A stretch of 64,000 bases of DNA, taken from positions 260-64,259 of the forward strand of contig JAUYHB010000024.1 of the NCBI GenBank assembly GCA_030690305.1, written 5' to 3'. The position numbers and the translations under genes were made by a program. A model generated the notes under the pieces. The model had not been told where the DNA came from. It did not search any database and worked only from the letters and a program-made list of their open reading frames with translations. Positions within the stretch are counted from its first letter, which is position 1. Every line of letters starts with the position of its first letter. The DNA is from a bacterium. GTDB taxonomy: Bacteria > Patescibacteriota > Minisyncoccia > Phycocordibacterales > JAGLPS01. This document shows positions 29,561 to 38,605 of the stretch, piece by piece.

Positions 29561-31705
29561 TTATCGGGACAGTAAAGATTCTTTATTTTTCATAAGAAGA
29601 GCGTTTACGGCAACAATCACCGTAGAAAGGGACATGAATACTGCAGCAAACGCAGGTTGCAAAATGATTCCTTTGGATGCGAGCGCTCCCGCCGCAATTG
29701 GCAATGCGATAAGGTTATATCCCGTCGCCCAAAAAAGATTTTGAATCATCTTGTCGTAGGTAATTTTTGAGAGACGGATAATTTTGACTATGTCCCGAGG
29801 GTCGTTTTTTACAAGAATGATTCCGGCCGACTCGACAGCAACGTTGGTTCCCGCCCCTATGGCAATACCAATATCGGCGGCAGTCAAAGCGGGTGCGTCA
29901 TTGACACCATCGCCCACCATTGCCACTTTCATGCCCCGGGCCTGCAAAAGCCTTACTTTGTCGGCTTTTTCATGGGGGAGCACTTCGGAAAAATATTGGT
30001 CCAGATCAAGCTTCCCCGCCACCCACGAGGCAACATCTTTTGAATCTCCCGTAATCATTGCGACTTTTACACCAAGCTTTTTAAGGCTGTTAACCGCTTC
30101 TTTCGATTCCTCTCTTACGACATCAACAAGAGCAATGCTGCCCAAAAGTTTATGGTCCAATACGACATGAATCACCGTTTTTCCCTCTTTTGCAAGAGAA
30201 GAAATCGTCGCCTCATGCATTTCCGACAAATCGATTTTTTCCTCGGAAAGAAGTTGGTCATTCCCCACGAGAACAAGTTTCCCCGCGACAAGTGCCTGGG
30301 CGCCCTTCCCCGGAAGACGTTTGAAATCCGTGACCGTCTCAAGATTTACATTGCGATGCTGCGCCTCCATGCCTATTGCTTTTGCAAGCGGGTGTTCGGA
30401 TTGACTATTTACGGCCGCGGCCAAACGCAATACGTCTTCTTCCGAAAATCCTTCGGCAGAAACAACAGCGTCAACACCAAATTCGCCGCGGGTTAATGTT
30501 CCCGTTTTGTCGAAAAGAACAATGTCTATGTTGCGTGCGGCTTCCAATGCGATTCGTTGCCGTACCAGGAGTCCGTTCCGTGCCGCCATCGTTGTCGATA
30601 TGGAAGCGACAAGGGGCACGGCAAGACCTAAGGCGTGAGGACACGCAATAACGAGCACGGCCACGAGACGTTCTGTCGCAAACACGACTCCCGCTTTCGC
30701 AACAATCCAAAGTAAGAATGTAAGACCTCCGGCGGCAATCGCAAGAACGGTAAGATAAAACGCGGCTCTGTCGGAAAGAATTTGCAAACGCGACTTGCTT
30801 GCTTGGGCATCCGCGACCAGACGCATCACTCCGGCAAGAAACGTGTGCTCCCCTATTTTTGTGACTTCAATAATAAGACTTCCGTCACCATTTAACGCTC
30901 CCGCAATCACTTCGTCGCCTTCTTTTTTTAAAACAGGTTTTGATTCCCCGGTAATAATCGCCTCGTTGAGTTCCGATTTTCCTTCAAGGATTTTCCCGTC
31001 AGCGGGGATTTTCGCTCCCGGTTTGACACGAACGTTATCTCCGACGGCAAGTTCGGAAAGCGGTATGGTTTTGGTTGCCCCCCCTCGGATTACTTCGGCA
31101 GTATCAGGAAGAAGTTTTGCCAGTTCTTTAAGGGCCCCCTGAGTGCTTTGGACCGATTTCATTTCAATCCAATGTCCGAGCAGCATAACGGCAATCAATG
31201 TCCCCAGTTCCCAGAATAACGTATGCTCAGAGCCCCGCAGCACCTCAAAGATACTGAAAGAGTAGGCTGCGGTTATTGCCAAAGCGATAAGCGTCATCAT
31301 TCCCGGCAACCGGGCGGAAAGTTCCCGATATGCCCCTGCAATAAACACCCATCCGCCGTAAAAGAAAATTACCGAACCGAGAGCCGCAACTGAAAAGTCC
31401 TGCAACGGAAAAGACGGCAGTGCGAATCCGAATGCTTTTTCAAAAAGTTCGGAGTAGAGAAGAATCGGAATAGTCAGAACAAGAACAGCCCAGAATTTCT
31501 TGAGAAAAGATTCCGTTTTGTGTCCTTTGTGTTTGTCATGATTTTTTTCGGACTTGTCCGTCGTAGCTTTAGTGGAGACGGGAACAAGGCGCATGCCGCA
31601 TTCGGAACACATGCCTTCCTTTGCTTGTTTGATCTCAGGATGCATCGGACAGGTATATATTGTCTGTGATTCGCTATTTTGATTGTTATGGTTGTGGTGA
31701 TTCAT
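29561..31705 (-). CDS. Copper-translocating P1B-type ATPase, CopB-like
   Basis: His-rich N-terminus, YTCPMHP, TGES, CPH, DKTGTLT, GDGVNDAP, YN and MSLST motifs. Confidence 0.92.
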   Translation of the reverse strand: MNHHNHNNQNSESQTIYTCPMHPEIKQAKEGMCSECGMRLVPVSTKATTDKSEKNHDKHKGHKTESFLKKFWAVLVLTIPILLYSELFEKAFGFALPSFPLQDFSVAALGSVIFFYGGWVFIAGAYRELSARLPGMMTLIALAITAAYSFSIFEVLRGSEHTLFWELGTLIAVMLLGHWIEMKSVQSTQGALKELAKLLPDTAEVIRGGATKTIPLSELAVGDNVRVKPGAKIPADGKILEGKSELNEAIITGESKPVLKKEGDEVIAGALNGDGSLIIEVTKIGEHTFLAGVMRLVADAQASKSRLQILSDRAAFYLTVLAIAAGGLTFLLWIVAKAGVVFATERLVAVLVIACPHALGLAVPLVASISTTMAARNGLLVRQRIALEAARNIDIVLFDKTGTLTRGEFGVDAVVSAEGFSEEDVLRLAAAVNSQSEHPLAKAIGMEAQHRNVNLETVTDFKRLPGKGAQALVAGKLVLVGNDQLLSEEKIDLSEMHEATISSLAKEGKTVIHVVLDHKLLGSIALVDVVREESKEAVNSLKKLGVKVAMITGDSKDVASWVAGKLDLDQYFSEVLPHEKADKVRLLQARGMKVAMVGDGVNDAPALTAADIGIAIGAGTNVAVESAGIILVKNDPRDIVKIIRLSKITYDKMIQNLFWATGYNLIALPIAAGALASKGIILQPAFAAVFMSLSTVIVAVNALLMKNKESLLSR

Positions 31706-31780
31706 AATCTTTATTCTACGCCGCATTCAAATAAACGTTTAACACCGTCGCTGACATTTATATTTTTAATTCAGTATGTT

Positions 31781-32794
31781 TTATATCCCGCACCCGCTTT
31801 GCTGGCGTGGCTGTGCCGCTGGTGCTCCTGTGTCTACCCCACATCCATTTCCACTCCTCTGTCCTTGGGGTTGAACAACCTGCGAAGCAATCCTTTGGTA
31901 TCCCTGCGCGCTTGAGAAATTAATACCAAGTATTTCTTGCGGGTTCACGTCTTTCCAATCAACGCTTTTATTTTTCATATAGGTTGCTATGGTCATATAC
32001 GTGTCCGGGAACCAGTAAGAATTAACTGCCAAAGCGGCTGCCCACATATCTTCCTCGCTAACGCCCTGTGAAGCCATGAGTTCAAGAAGCCCAAGCATCG
32101 CCATACCGTGATTGCAATCGGGAAAATGCGTCGAATTACCACAACAAGGGCGGTAGATTCCTTTCGATACTTTATCCACTAAAGCCTGCTGTTCGGAGGT
32201 CAAATCGAAAAATTTATGCCGACTATAGTGATCCATTGCATTTCCTTCGGCAATTGTCCAACCGCCCGTCGAGGCAAAATTACCCGCGCCTCCATATTTC
32301 GCATTTGCCATTTCGCCTTTTTCCAAGATTTCATTTTTACTCGCAAGACCTAAAGCCCAGAACAGATTGAGCAGATATCCGGCGTTGTTTTTTGTAATTT
32401 TTAGCTTGCCATCGTTTTGTCCGAGAAGCAGATTTTTGTACTCATTGGTAAATGCACTACGGTCTTCGTATATGGCTTTAAATTTTTCGGCATCAATTGC
32501 CCCTACACTTGCAAGTTTCACACCGAGGTCGCCCCATGTAACGGGAAGATCAACCCCTTGAGACGACAATACTTTTTCTTCCAGCTCGGAAATCTTGGTT
32601 TGCTCGTGGTTTGTTCCAAGACCCGATGTTTGCTTTTCAACGGTTCCAGGCCCGCTTGTATACATCCATGCACCGGAAAGAACAAGCGCGGAAATAAGAA
32701 TGCTTGCGGAGAGCACGTAGTCTTTTTTGACTGGCTTAACTTCAGGAGAGTCCTCCGTGATTTGATTTTGTGTTTCGTTTTTGTTGTTTTCCAT
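31781..32794 (-). CDS. Membrane-anchored Cys/His-motif hypothetical protein
   Basis: TM helix near the N-terminus; RPCCGNSTHFPDCNHGMAM; C-terminal GCG...GCGI. Confidence 0.8.
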   Translation of the reverse strand: MENNKNETQNQITEDSPEVKPVKKDYVLSASILISALVLSGAWMYTSGPGTVEKQTSGLGTNHEQTKISELEEKVLSSQGVDLPVTWGDLGVKLASVGAIDAEKFKAIYEDRSAFTNEYKNLLLGQNDGKLKITKNNAGYLLNLFWALGLASKNEILEKGEMANAKYGGAGNFASTGGWTIAEGNAMDHYSRHKFFDLTSEQQALVDKVSKGIYRPCCGNSTHFPDCNHGMAMLGLLELMASQGVSEEDMWAAALAVNSYWFPDTYMTIATYMKNKSVDWKDVNPQEILGINFSSAQGYQRIASQVVQPQGQRSGNGCGVDTGAPAAQPRQQSGCGI

Positions 32795-32833
32795 AGATAT
32801 GTGATTTATTTTCCATTGTTAAGGATAGTTATG

Positions 32834-33205
32834 TTAACGTGTTTCCGTAACCGGACATCCACTTAATTCGGAAAGTTGCGCGGGGCTCAATTCTCCTTCA
32901 ACTCTGGTTCCGTCGGGAAATACCCATGTCGGGTAAGCTTTTATACCGGCGGCAATACATACCTGCGGATTATCGGGACATTCCACATATGGAACGAAAG
33001 AAAATACTTCTCCGAATGCCCTCTTCTGGCTTTGACAGTGCGAACACCACGCGGCGCCGTACATTGTCACGTTTTTTTCCGCAAGACACTGCGTAAGAAA
33101 AGTGAAATCTTCCTTCGGGCGGCTTGTACACAAAAAAACGACAACCAATCCTATGGCCAAAATAAGTGCACCGATAACAAGAAAGAAAGTATTTTCTTTA
33201 TTCAT
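32834..33205 (-). CDS. Membrane-anchored thioredoxin/glutaredoxin-like protein
   Basis: YGAAWCSHC, YVEC, cis-Pro AYPTW. Confidence 0.8.
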   Translation of the reverse strand: MNKENTFFLVIGALILAIGLVVVFLCTSRPKEDFTFLTQCLAEKNVTMYGAAWCSHCQSQKRAFGEVFSFVPYVECPDNPQVCIAAGIKAYPTWVFPDGTRVEGELSPAQLSELSGCPVTETR

Positions 33206-33695
33206 TGCAGCAGTCCACGAGTTTGTTGACAATGTCTTGCGCTGACCATGGTTTTTCTTCCGAAGCAACCACTTTTATATCTTCAAGATTGAGAAGTTTG
33301 AGCCGTAAAGCCCAAAACATCGAGTACATTGAGTAGGCGCGCTCGAACATTTCTTTGGCGTCTTCTTTTTTACCGTCTCCGTGAAATTTCGTTCCGACTT
33401 CCATAAGGCGCATCGTCGTCGCCAAGAGATGCTTGCTAATACACCACGTTTCCCCTTCGTGCTTTTGCACAAGGCGGGACATAAGAGCTTTCCGATTTTC
33501 CCTTACTTCGGCCAAAAAGTCGAAGTATTCATCTTTTTTTGTCTTTGAGCCCGTGAAAAAGAAATGTTCCTCAAGGCTCAAAAGGTTCATCACAGCAATA
33601 CTTAAGTCTTCGTCCGAAGAAAGGTCGATTTTCCCGGAGCGGCGTAATTCTTCGACTTTTAGAAGCACTTCATTCATTGTTTGTTTTCCATCCAT
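33198..33695 (-). CDS. Helical hypothetical protein with Cys/His motifs
   Basis: LEEHFFF, WCISKHLL, C-terminal DCCNE; its stop overlaps the next gene's start. Confidence 0.75.
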   Translation of the reverse strand: MDGKQTMNEVLLKVEELRRSGKIDLSSDEDLSIAVMNLLSLEEHFFFTGSKTKKDEYFDFLAEVRENRKALMSRLVQKHEGETWCISKHLLATTMRLMEVGTKFHGDGKKEDAKEMFERAYSMYSMFWALRLKLLNLEDIKVVASEEKPWSAQDIVNKLVDCCNE

Positions 33696-33700
33696 GATAA

Positions 33701-34483
33701 TTACAACATAAAGATAATAATTCCTAAGATAACCATCGCGACCCCGCCCCATATTCGCATATGAGTATTCTCTCCCTTTTTCCACTCGCGTACTTTTTCT
33801 ATAAGCGCTTTATCGCTTGAAAGAATAAGAATGATGACGAGCGGAAGGACAAAGATGAGGTTGTAGAAGAAGAGATATCCAAGACCTGTAATATATGTTG
33901 TTGAGTCATGGAGAAGTCCGAGAACCATAAGGTATGGACCTCCTGTGCACGGAAATTCGCACAAAGCGACAAATACTCCCAGAATGAAAGCGGTGGGAAG
34001 AGTTGCTTTCTCCATTAGGAAAGCCATTGTTTTGTGGGATACAGTCGGTATGCGCAACTTGATGGGAAACGACGGGAAAAATTCATTGATAAGATTCAGC
34101 GCTCCCCATCCTATAAGAAGGAAAGCACCGAGTTTCGCCATAAAGTGCGGAGTATTGAAGAAATGAAGCGCCTGAAGAATACCAAGACCGATAAGCATGT
34201 AGGAGATGTAAATTCCGAGAATATAGAATGCACCGATAGTAAGGATGCTACCTCGCACTTTTCCAAGATTTATCAGGAAGGCTATGGTAAGAAGAAGAAT
34301 GGAAAATGCACATGGATTGATACTGTCAATGAGCGCGGCTATGCCCACGAGCGGCAAGAGCCATGTTCCCTCATTGCTTATGTTCCACAACATGACAGAA
34401 CCGAAAGAAGTCATTTTGAGAAACAGAATTGTCCCCAAAAGCAGAGCGGCAGAAATTACAAGAATGATAAATTTTTTATTCAT
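33701..34483 (-). CDS. CcdA/DsbD-like transmembrane electron transporter
   Basis: DSINPCAF and CEFPCTGGPY paired Cys motifs; multiple TM helices. Confidence 0.85.
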   Translation of the reverse strand: MNKKFIILVISAALLLGTILFLKMTSFGSVMLWNISNEGTWLLPLVGIAALIDSINPCAFSILLLTIAFLINLGKVRGSILTIGAFYILGIYISYMLIGLGILQALHFFNTPHFMAKLGAFLLIGWGALNLINEFFPSFPIKLRIPTVSHKTMAFLMEKATLPTAFILGVFVALCEFPCTGGPYLMVLGLLHDSTTYITGLGYLFFYNLIFVLPLVIILILSSDKALIEKVREWKKGENTHMRIWGGVAMVILGIIIFML

Positions 34484-34489
34484 GGGAGT

Positions 34490-34996
34490 TTAAGGAGTTA
34501 CGTTCGCGGTAAAACGAAGCTCAACAGGTGCTCCGCTGTCATTTTCCAGGATAATTGATCGTCCAATTTTCCCCACGCCGGCCGGACCGTGAGCCGCGGG
34601 ATCAAAAGTAACGATAACGCGAGATTGTTCTTGAGGATTGATTGCGGCATTGATAGCCGGAATAAAACCGTGGCCCGGCATACCAAAGGGACCGAATGTA
34701 CCCTCTGCCGTTTGCAGTGCCGCTTGTGTGCACATGCAAGAGGTATATAGGGTACGCACCAAGGTTGCTCGCCCGCCTGTATTGGTAATAACGTATTCGT
34801 GTGTCACCGGGCCCTTCGCCATAGAAATGGTTCCAAAATCGAAGGTTTTCTCTTGAGCAACGAGGAAGCTTTCGGATAATTTGTTTTCTTGATTTTCTTG
34901 GGATTTTTTATTCTGAGAAATATTATTCGTTACAATAAGCGCCCCCAGAGCGACAATACTAATGAACAATGCAATGAGTATATCTTTCGTTTTCAT
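34490..34996 (-). CDS. DUF1573-like Ig-fold protein
   Basis: FDFGTI, TSCMCT, GMPGHG and FDPAAHGP motifs. Confidence 0.75.
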   Translation of the reverse strand: MKTKDILIALFISIVALGALIVTNNISQNKKSQENQENKLSESFLVAQEKTFDFGTISMAKGPVTHEYVITNTGGRATLVRTLYTSCMCTQAALQTAEGTFGPFGMPGHGFIPAINAAINPQEQSRVIVTFDPAAHGPAGVGKIGRSIILENDSGAPVELRFTANVTP

Positions 34997-35088
34997 ACTT
35001 TACATATAACGGGATTAGAAACGGGTAAAATGAAAAACCCGCTTTTAAAACCAAAGGCAACTTGACTAAAGAGCCTGAGGAGAGCGGG

Positions 35089-35496
35089 CTAGAAAGAAGA
35101 CGAAGGGTCGCGCTTTTCACGCAAAGAGAGCCAGTGTGAAAATTTCTGCGTCGCACTAGTCTCATGGAGAGAATACGTTACAGGCCGAATGACAAGAAAA
35201 GTTTTTTGAGAAATTACAACAATCGCGTATAGAAACGCCGACACGGAAGTCAGCAGCAACGAGACGAGCAAAACAGACATGGACACGCTATCAAAAGTGG
35301 CGGTTGAGAATCCACGCAATGCGTTGGTATAAAATGCCGCCCCATCAAGGGCCGTACTTGTGTCCGGACACACCGTCCGCTGGAAAAGAGATGCAATGCA
35401 ACCTGCTCCATAGTTGTGTCCCATGCCAAGAAAACCGAAAACGGCAATACCCACAATGGCGACAAAAAGTATTGAGGATGTAAGGCGCGCTAACAT
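35089..35496 (-). CDS. Membrane leader-type protein heading the copper operon
   Basis: TATAAT just upstream; two TM helices; MGH...C...CP; C-terminal HWLSLREKRDPSSSF. Confidence 0.7.
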   Translation of the reverse strand: MLARLTSSILFVAIVGIAVFGFLGMGHNYGAGCIASLFQRTVCPDTSTALDGAAFYTNALRGFSTATFDSVSMSVLLVSLLLTSVSAFLYAIVVISQKTFLVIRPVTYSLHETSATQKFSHWLSLREKRDPSSSF

Positions 35497-35536
35497 ATTT
35501 GGATTATATCACAATTTTTAGGTTATGTCTTCCCTG

Positions 35537-35929
35537 CTACTCCGTGGTCCTGCCATCGAAGTGTTCTTCATTTGACAGAGCCTCGGCCTTCGTCTTGCGG
35601 ACAGTACCGTCTTGATGTTCCGGGGGTGAATAAAGAGTATACAGTTTCATATCCGCACTGCCCGCATTTATGACATTGTGTTTTACACCCGCAGGCACAA
35701 CAACCGCACTCCCGTCGGCAATTACATGTTCCACACCATTAAGCACAGCTTTCCCCTCTCCCGCTTCAACTCTGATAAATTGGTCAAGGGTGTGAACTTC
35801 TTCTCCGATATCTTCGCCTGGTTTAAGATTCATCAAAACCAACTGACTGTTTTTTGCCGTATACAGCACACGTCGGAAATCGGAATTTTCAAGAGATTCC
35901 TTTTCAATGTTTGAAACATAACCTTTCAT
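35537..35929 (-). CDS. Cupin domain protein
   Basis: GEEVH...DQF, GVKHNV and YSPPEH motifs. Confidence 0.9.
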   Translation of the reverse strand: MKGYVSNIEKESLENSDFRRVLYTAKNSQLVLMNLKPGEDIGEEVHTLDQFIRVEAGEGKAVLNGVEHVIADGSAVVVPAGVKHNVINAGSADMKLYTLYSPPEHQDGTVRKTKAEALSNEEHFDGRTTE

Positions 35930-35952
35930 ACCGTTGATTATACACCCAAAAG

Positions 35953-35981
35953 AAAACCGTCAGCCTTGGGCTGACGGTTTT
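35953..35981 (-). terminator. Terminator, GTCAGCC-nnn-GGCTGAC family
   Basis: Perfect hairpin with A/T tails immediately after the ORF stop. Confidence 0.75.
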
Positions 35982-36641
35982 TTATAAAGGAACAATTTTT
36001 TCCATGTTTTTTCCGAAAGAAACCGCGCGGACCTTCACTTGCGCTTCTTTTTCTAGAAGCGTAATACCCTCAATAAATTCTTTGGGTAGGTCTTTGGAGG
36101 AAGAGACGGCGTCCGTTTCGCATTTCCATCCGGGAAACCTTTTGTAAAATGCCTGGCATTTTTCCAGAACTCCGTTTGACGGAATTGCGGTATAAAACTC
36201 GCTTTGCATTGAGAGTGTTTCCTTACCCCGGCGTTTTCCCGTGTAATACGGCTCCGTCCCTTCGTAACGATATCCGACACATAATCGTATTTCAGGACAA
36301 CCGTTTAACACTTCGGCCCGAGCAAGGATAATTTCCCTTCGCTCGTTTCTCAAAGCGTGACGTAACAAGGCAAGGTCGAGCCAGCCTATTCTCAAAGGCC
36401 TTCCAAGAGCATCATACTCATCCGCCTTTATACGAATAGCCGCGCCCAGTTCAAATTCATCCTTACTTTCAAGGCTTGCCGTGGGAAACTCTTTGAGATC
36501 CCGCTCTCTGTCGACAAGACCTGCACACCATCGTGCAGATTTCCGGCCTCCCATTTCCGTGGGAATACATTGCCGCAAATTGGAATTAGCCATATAAAAC
36601 GCTTTGACGACAAAACATCTATCCGTAAAAAAGCGGTTCAT
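35982..36641 (-). CDS. Divergent C-terminal half of adenylosuccinate synthetase (PurA-like)
   Basis: VVKAF...PTE, EYDALGRPLRIGWLDL, EIRLCVGY, FPGW, DLP and VSFG match the PurA C-terminal pattern; N-terminal GDEGKG absent. Confidence 0.65.
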   Translation of the reverse strand: MNRFFTDRCFVVKAFYMANSNLRQCIPTEMGGRKSARWCAGLVDRERDLKEFPTASLESKDEFELGAAIRIKADEYDALGRPLRIGWLDLALLRHALRNERREIILARAEVLNGCPEIRLCVGYRYEGTEPYYTGKRRGKETLSMQSEFYTAIPSNGVLEKCQAFYKRFPGWKCETDAVSSSKDLPKEFIEGITLLEKEAQVKVRAVSFGKNMEKIVPL

Positions 36642-36760
36642 ATAAACCTCCTTTCGTGGAAGTTACGATTTTAAAGAAGAATCATTTTCTTGCCACACAT
36701 TATATAAAAAGACCAAAAGACGCAAGAAAGGGATAGCTTTTCAAAAATATTTCCCTCAAG

Positions 36761-36873
36761 CCGTTTGAGCGAAAATTTACTTTTCCAAAATCTTACGGAG
36801 CTCGTTGAGGGCGAGTAGAGAAAAATTCAGAAGAATTTTATCGTGTTTTGGAAAAGTGAATTTGAGCGGGTCT
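36761..36873 (+). repeat. Structured dispersed repeat, family A copy 2
   Basis: Aligns with 20917-21026. Confidence 0.9.
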
Positions 36874-37368
36874 TTAAGGCTGGAACAATTCTTCGGGCAA
36901 AAAACGGACGGAGGATACCTCGGGAAATTGTTTTGCCGTAGCTTCAATTTGAAACCACAAAATCCCAACCCGGCATGAGCCGCCCCCTGTTTTGTTTTCG
37001 GTATCGGAAAAAGTAAGTGTGAGAAGACCGTTTTTAAGTTCGGTACTTTTCAATTCCAGACCGGGTAAGGGATATTCGGTCATGAGGCCTTGCTTCTTTT
37101 CTGCTTCAGTCAGCTCACCTTTCAAAAGCAGGTTGATGGTGTCTTCTATCGGCATCGTACTGTTCTCAATCTTCCGTTCAACGCTTTGCAAACCGTTTTG
37201 AGAACATAATATGTTTCCCGTTTCGTCTTTATCCGCTTTCGGATTGTAATAAAAAAGTTGGACAGCACGGCCGACATCTTCTTTGTGCAGCAATAATGGC
37301 ACGAAATACAACGATGATACGACAAGAAAAGAGAGAATAACAAAAAAGATAAGAGATTGTTTACTCAT
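36874..37368 (-). CDS. GerMN domain protein
   Basis: LLKGELTEAEK, GGGSCRV and QIEATAKQFPEVSSV motifs. Confidence 0.8.
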   Translation of the reverse strand: MSKQSLIFFVILSFLVVSSLYFVPLLLHKEDVGRAVQLFYYNPKADKDETGNILCSQNGLQSVERKIENSTMPIEDTINLLLKGELTEAEKKQGLMTEYPLPGLELKSTELKNGLLTLTFSDTENKTGGGSCRVGILWFQIEATAKQFPEVSSVRFLPEELFQP

Positions 37369-37434
37369 GCCCCCAGTATACACCCTCAAAAAATAACGAA
37401 AAAGACCCGCCTTTACAAAACGCGGTGGGTCTTT

Positions 37435-37647
37435 CTAACAGGAAATGGCTTCTATCCAGCCTATTTTCTTGAAAAAACAAAAAAGTTCTTCCGAGTTCAT
37501 AAAGAGCGTTGGTAAAACACAGAGCCCACACAACTCCCGTACGTTCTCAATCTTCCTTTTCCCTTCCCCGCATTCAAGCACGTCCCCCGCTTTAACGAAA
37601 CCAAAACAAGCGGAAAGTTTTGCACGGCAAAGATAGCAACGTCTCAT
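37435..37647 (-). CDS. Small Cys-rich (zinc-finger-like) hypothetical protein
   Basis: SD AAAGGAGG; CYLC...CGLC; downstream hairpin 37402-37434. Confidence 0.6.
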   Translation of the reverse strand: MRRCYLCRAKLSACFGFVKAGDVLECGEGKRKIENVRELCGLCVLPTLFMNSEELFCFFKKIGWIEAISC

Positions 37648-37735
37648 TATTTCCTCCTTTGTCTGTAATGAACCGGCTAGCACTTCCTCAGCAATAATAA
37701 CAAATAGGTGCCGAATATGCTGTAGAATGGACTGC

Positions 37736-37987
37736 ATGGACACTTGGGAGGAAAAAGGTAATTTTTTGCATAAGACCTTTATTTTCAAAGACTTTAAAGA
37801 GGCGCTTGCATTTGTTAACCAAGTGGGAGAAATTGCGGAACGATTACAGCATCACCCTGATATTTCCATTAGTAATTACAAGGAGGTTTCTATTTCAACA
37901 ACTACCCACAGCGAGAATAATAAAGTAACAGAAAAAGATTATGCTCTTGCAAAAGAAATCAACAGTTTAGAGCACTTGCACAAATAA
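37736..37987 (+). CDS. Pterin-4a-carbinolamine dehydratase family
   Basis: FKDFKEALAFVN, HHPDI and TTHS motifs. Confidence 0.9.
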   Translation: MDTWEEKGNFLHKTFIFKDFKEALAFVNQVGEIAERLQHHPDISISNYKEVSISTTTHSENNKVTEKDYALAKEINSLEHLHK

Positions 37988-38042
37988 TTTGTGTACAAAT
38001 GTTCTATAATGAATATGAATTTTATTAGCTCAATTAAAAACT

Positions 38043-38543
38043 ATGAAGGACAATAATATTATCCTCTATGTGCTCGGCCTAGTCATTGTCGCGAGCATTG
38101 CATTTGGTGTTTGGGTAAATTCAAAACCCAAACCGGCGGTAGTCGAAGATACGAACTCCCCCGTTTCTTCAAATTCGTCTACCCCCTCTAGCTCCTCCGC
38201 CGCCTCACAGACGGGAGGTGCGGTTATAAAAGAAACTCCCGTAACACAGACGCAAACAAACCCGAACGTCAAAACCGTCTTGTATCGGGGTACTTTGTTT
38301 GAACCAGCGATTATCGAGATTAACCACGGTCAAGAAATATTGTTTATAAACAAAAGCAGCAGCGCAATGCGCCTTGTGTTTTCTGTTCCCGGTACCACAG
38401 CCCAAAGCTATACATCATTTGACCAGGTGAAAACCGTAGGCAAGGATGGAACATATCAGCTTATCTTCAATCAACCCGGCATATGGAATTTCTACAACCT
38501 TAACGGCAACAAAGCCGTTATCGGCACCGTTAACGTAAAATAA
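38043..38543 (+). CDS. Membrane-anchored cupredoxin-like protein, metal ligands not evident
   Basis: TM helix, Ser/Thr linker, FEPAIIEI...FIN...FNQPGIWNFYN...GTVNV. Confidence 0.6.
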   Translation: MKDNNIILYVLGLVIVASIAFGVWVNSKPKPAVVEDTNSPVSSNSSTPSSSSAASQTGGAVIKETPVTQTQTNPNVKTVLYRGTLFEPAIIEINHGQEILFINKSSSAMRLVFSVPGTTAQSYTSFDQVKTVGKDGTYQLIFNQPGIWNFYNLNGNKAVIGTVNVK

Positions 38544-38605
38544 AGAGTGCTTTGAACAAAACCCCCGCCAAGTTCGCTTGGCGGGGGTTTTTCAAATCTC
38601 GCGAT

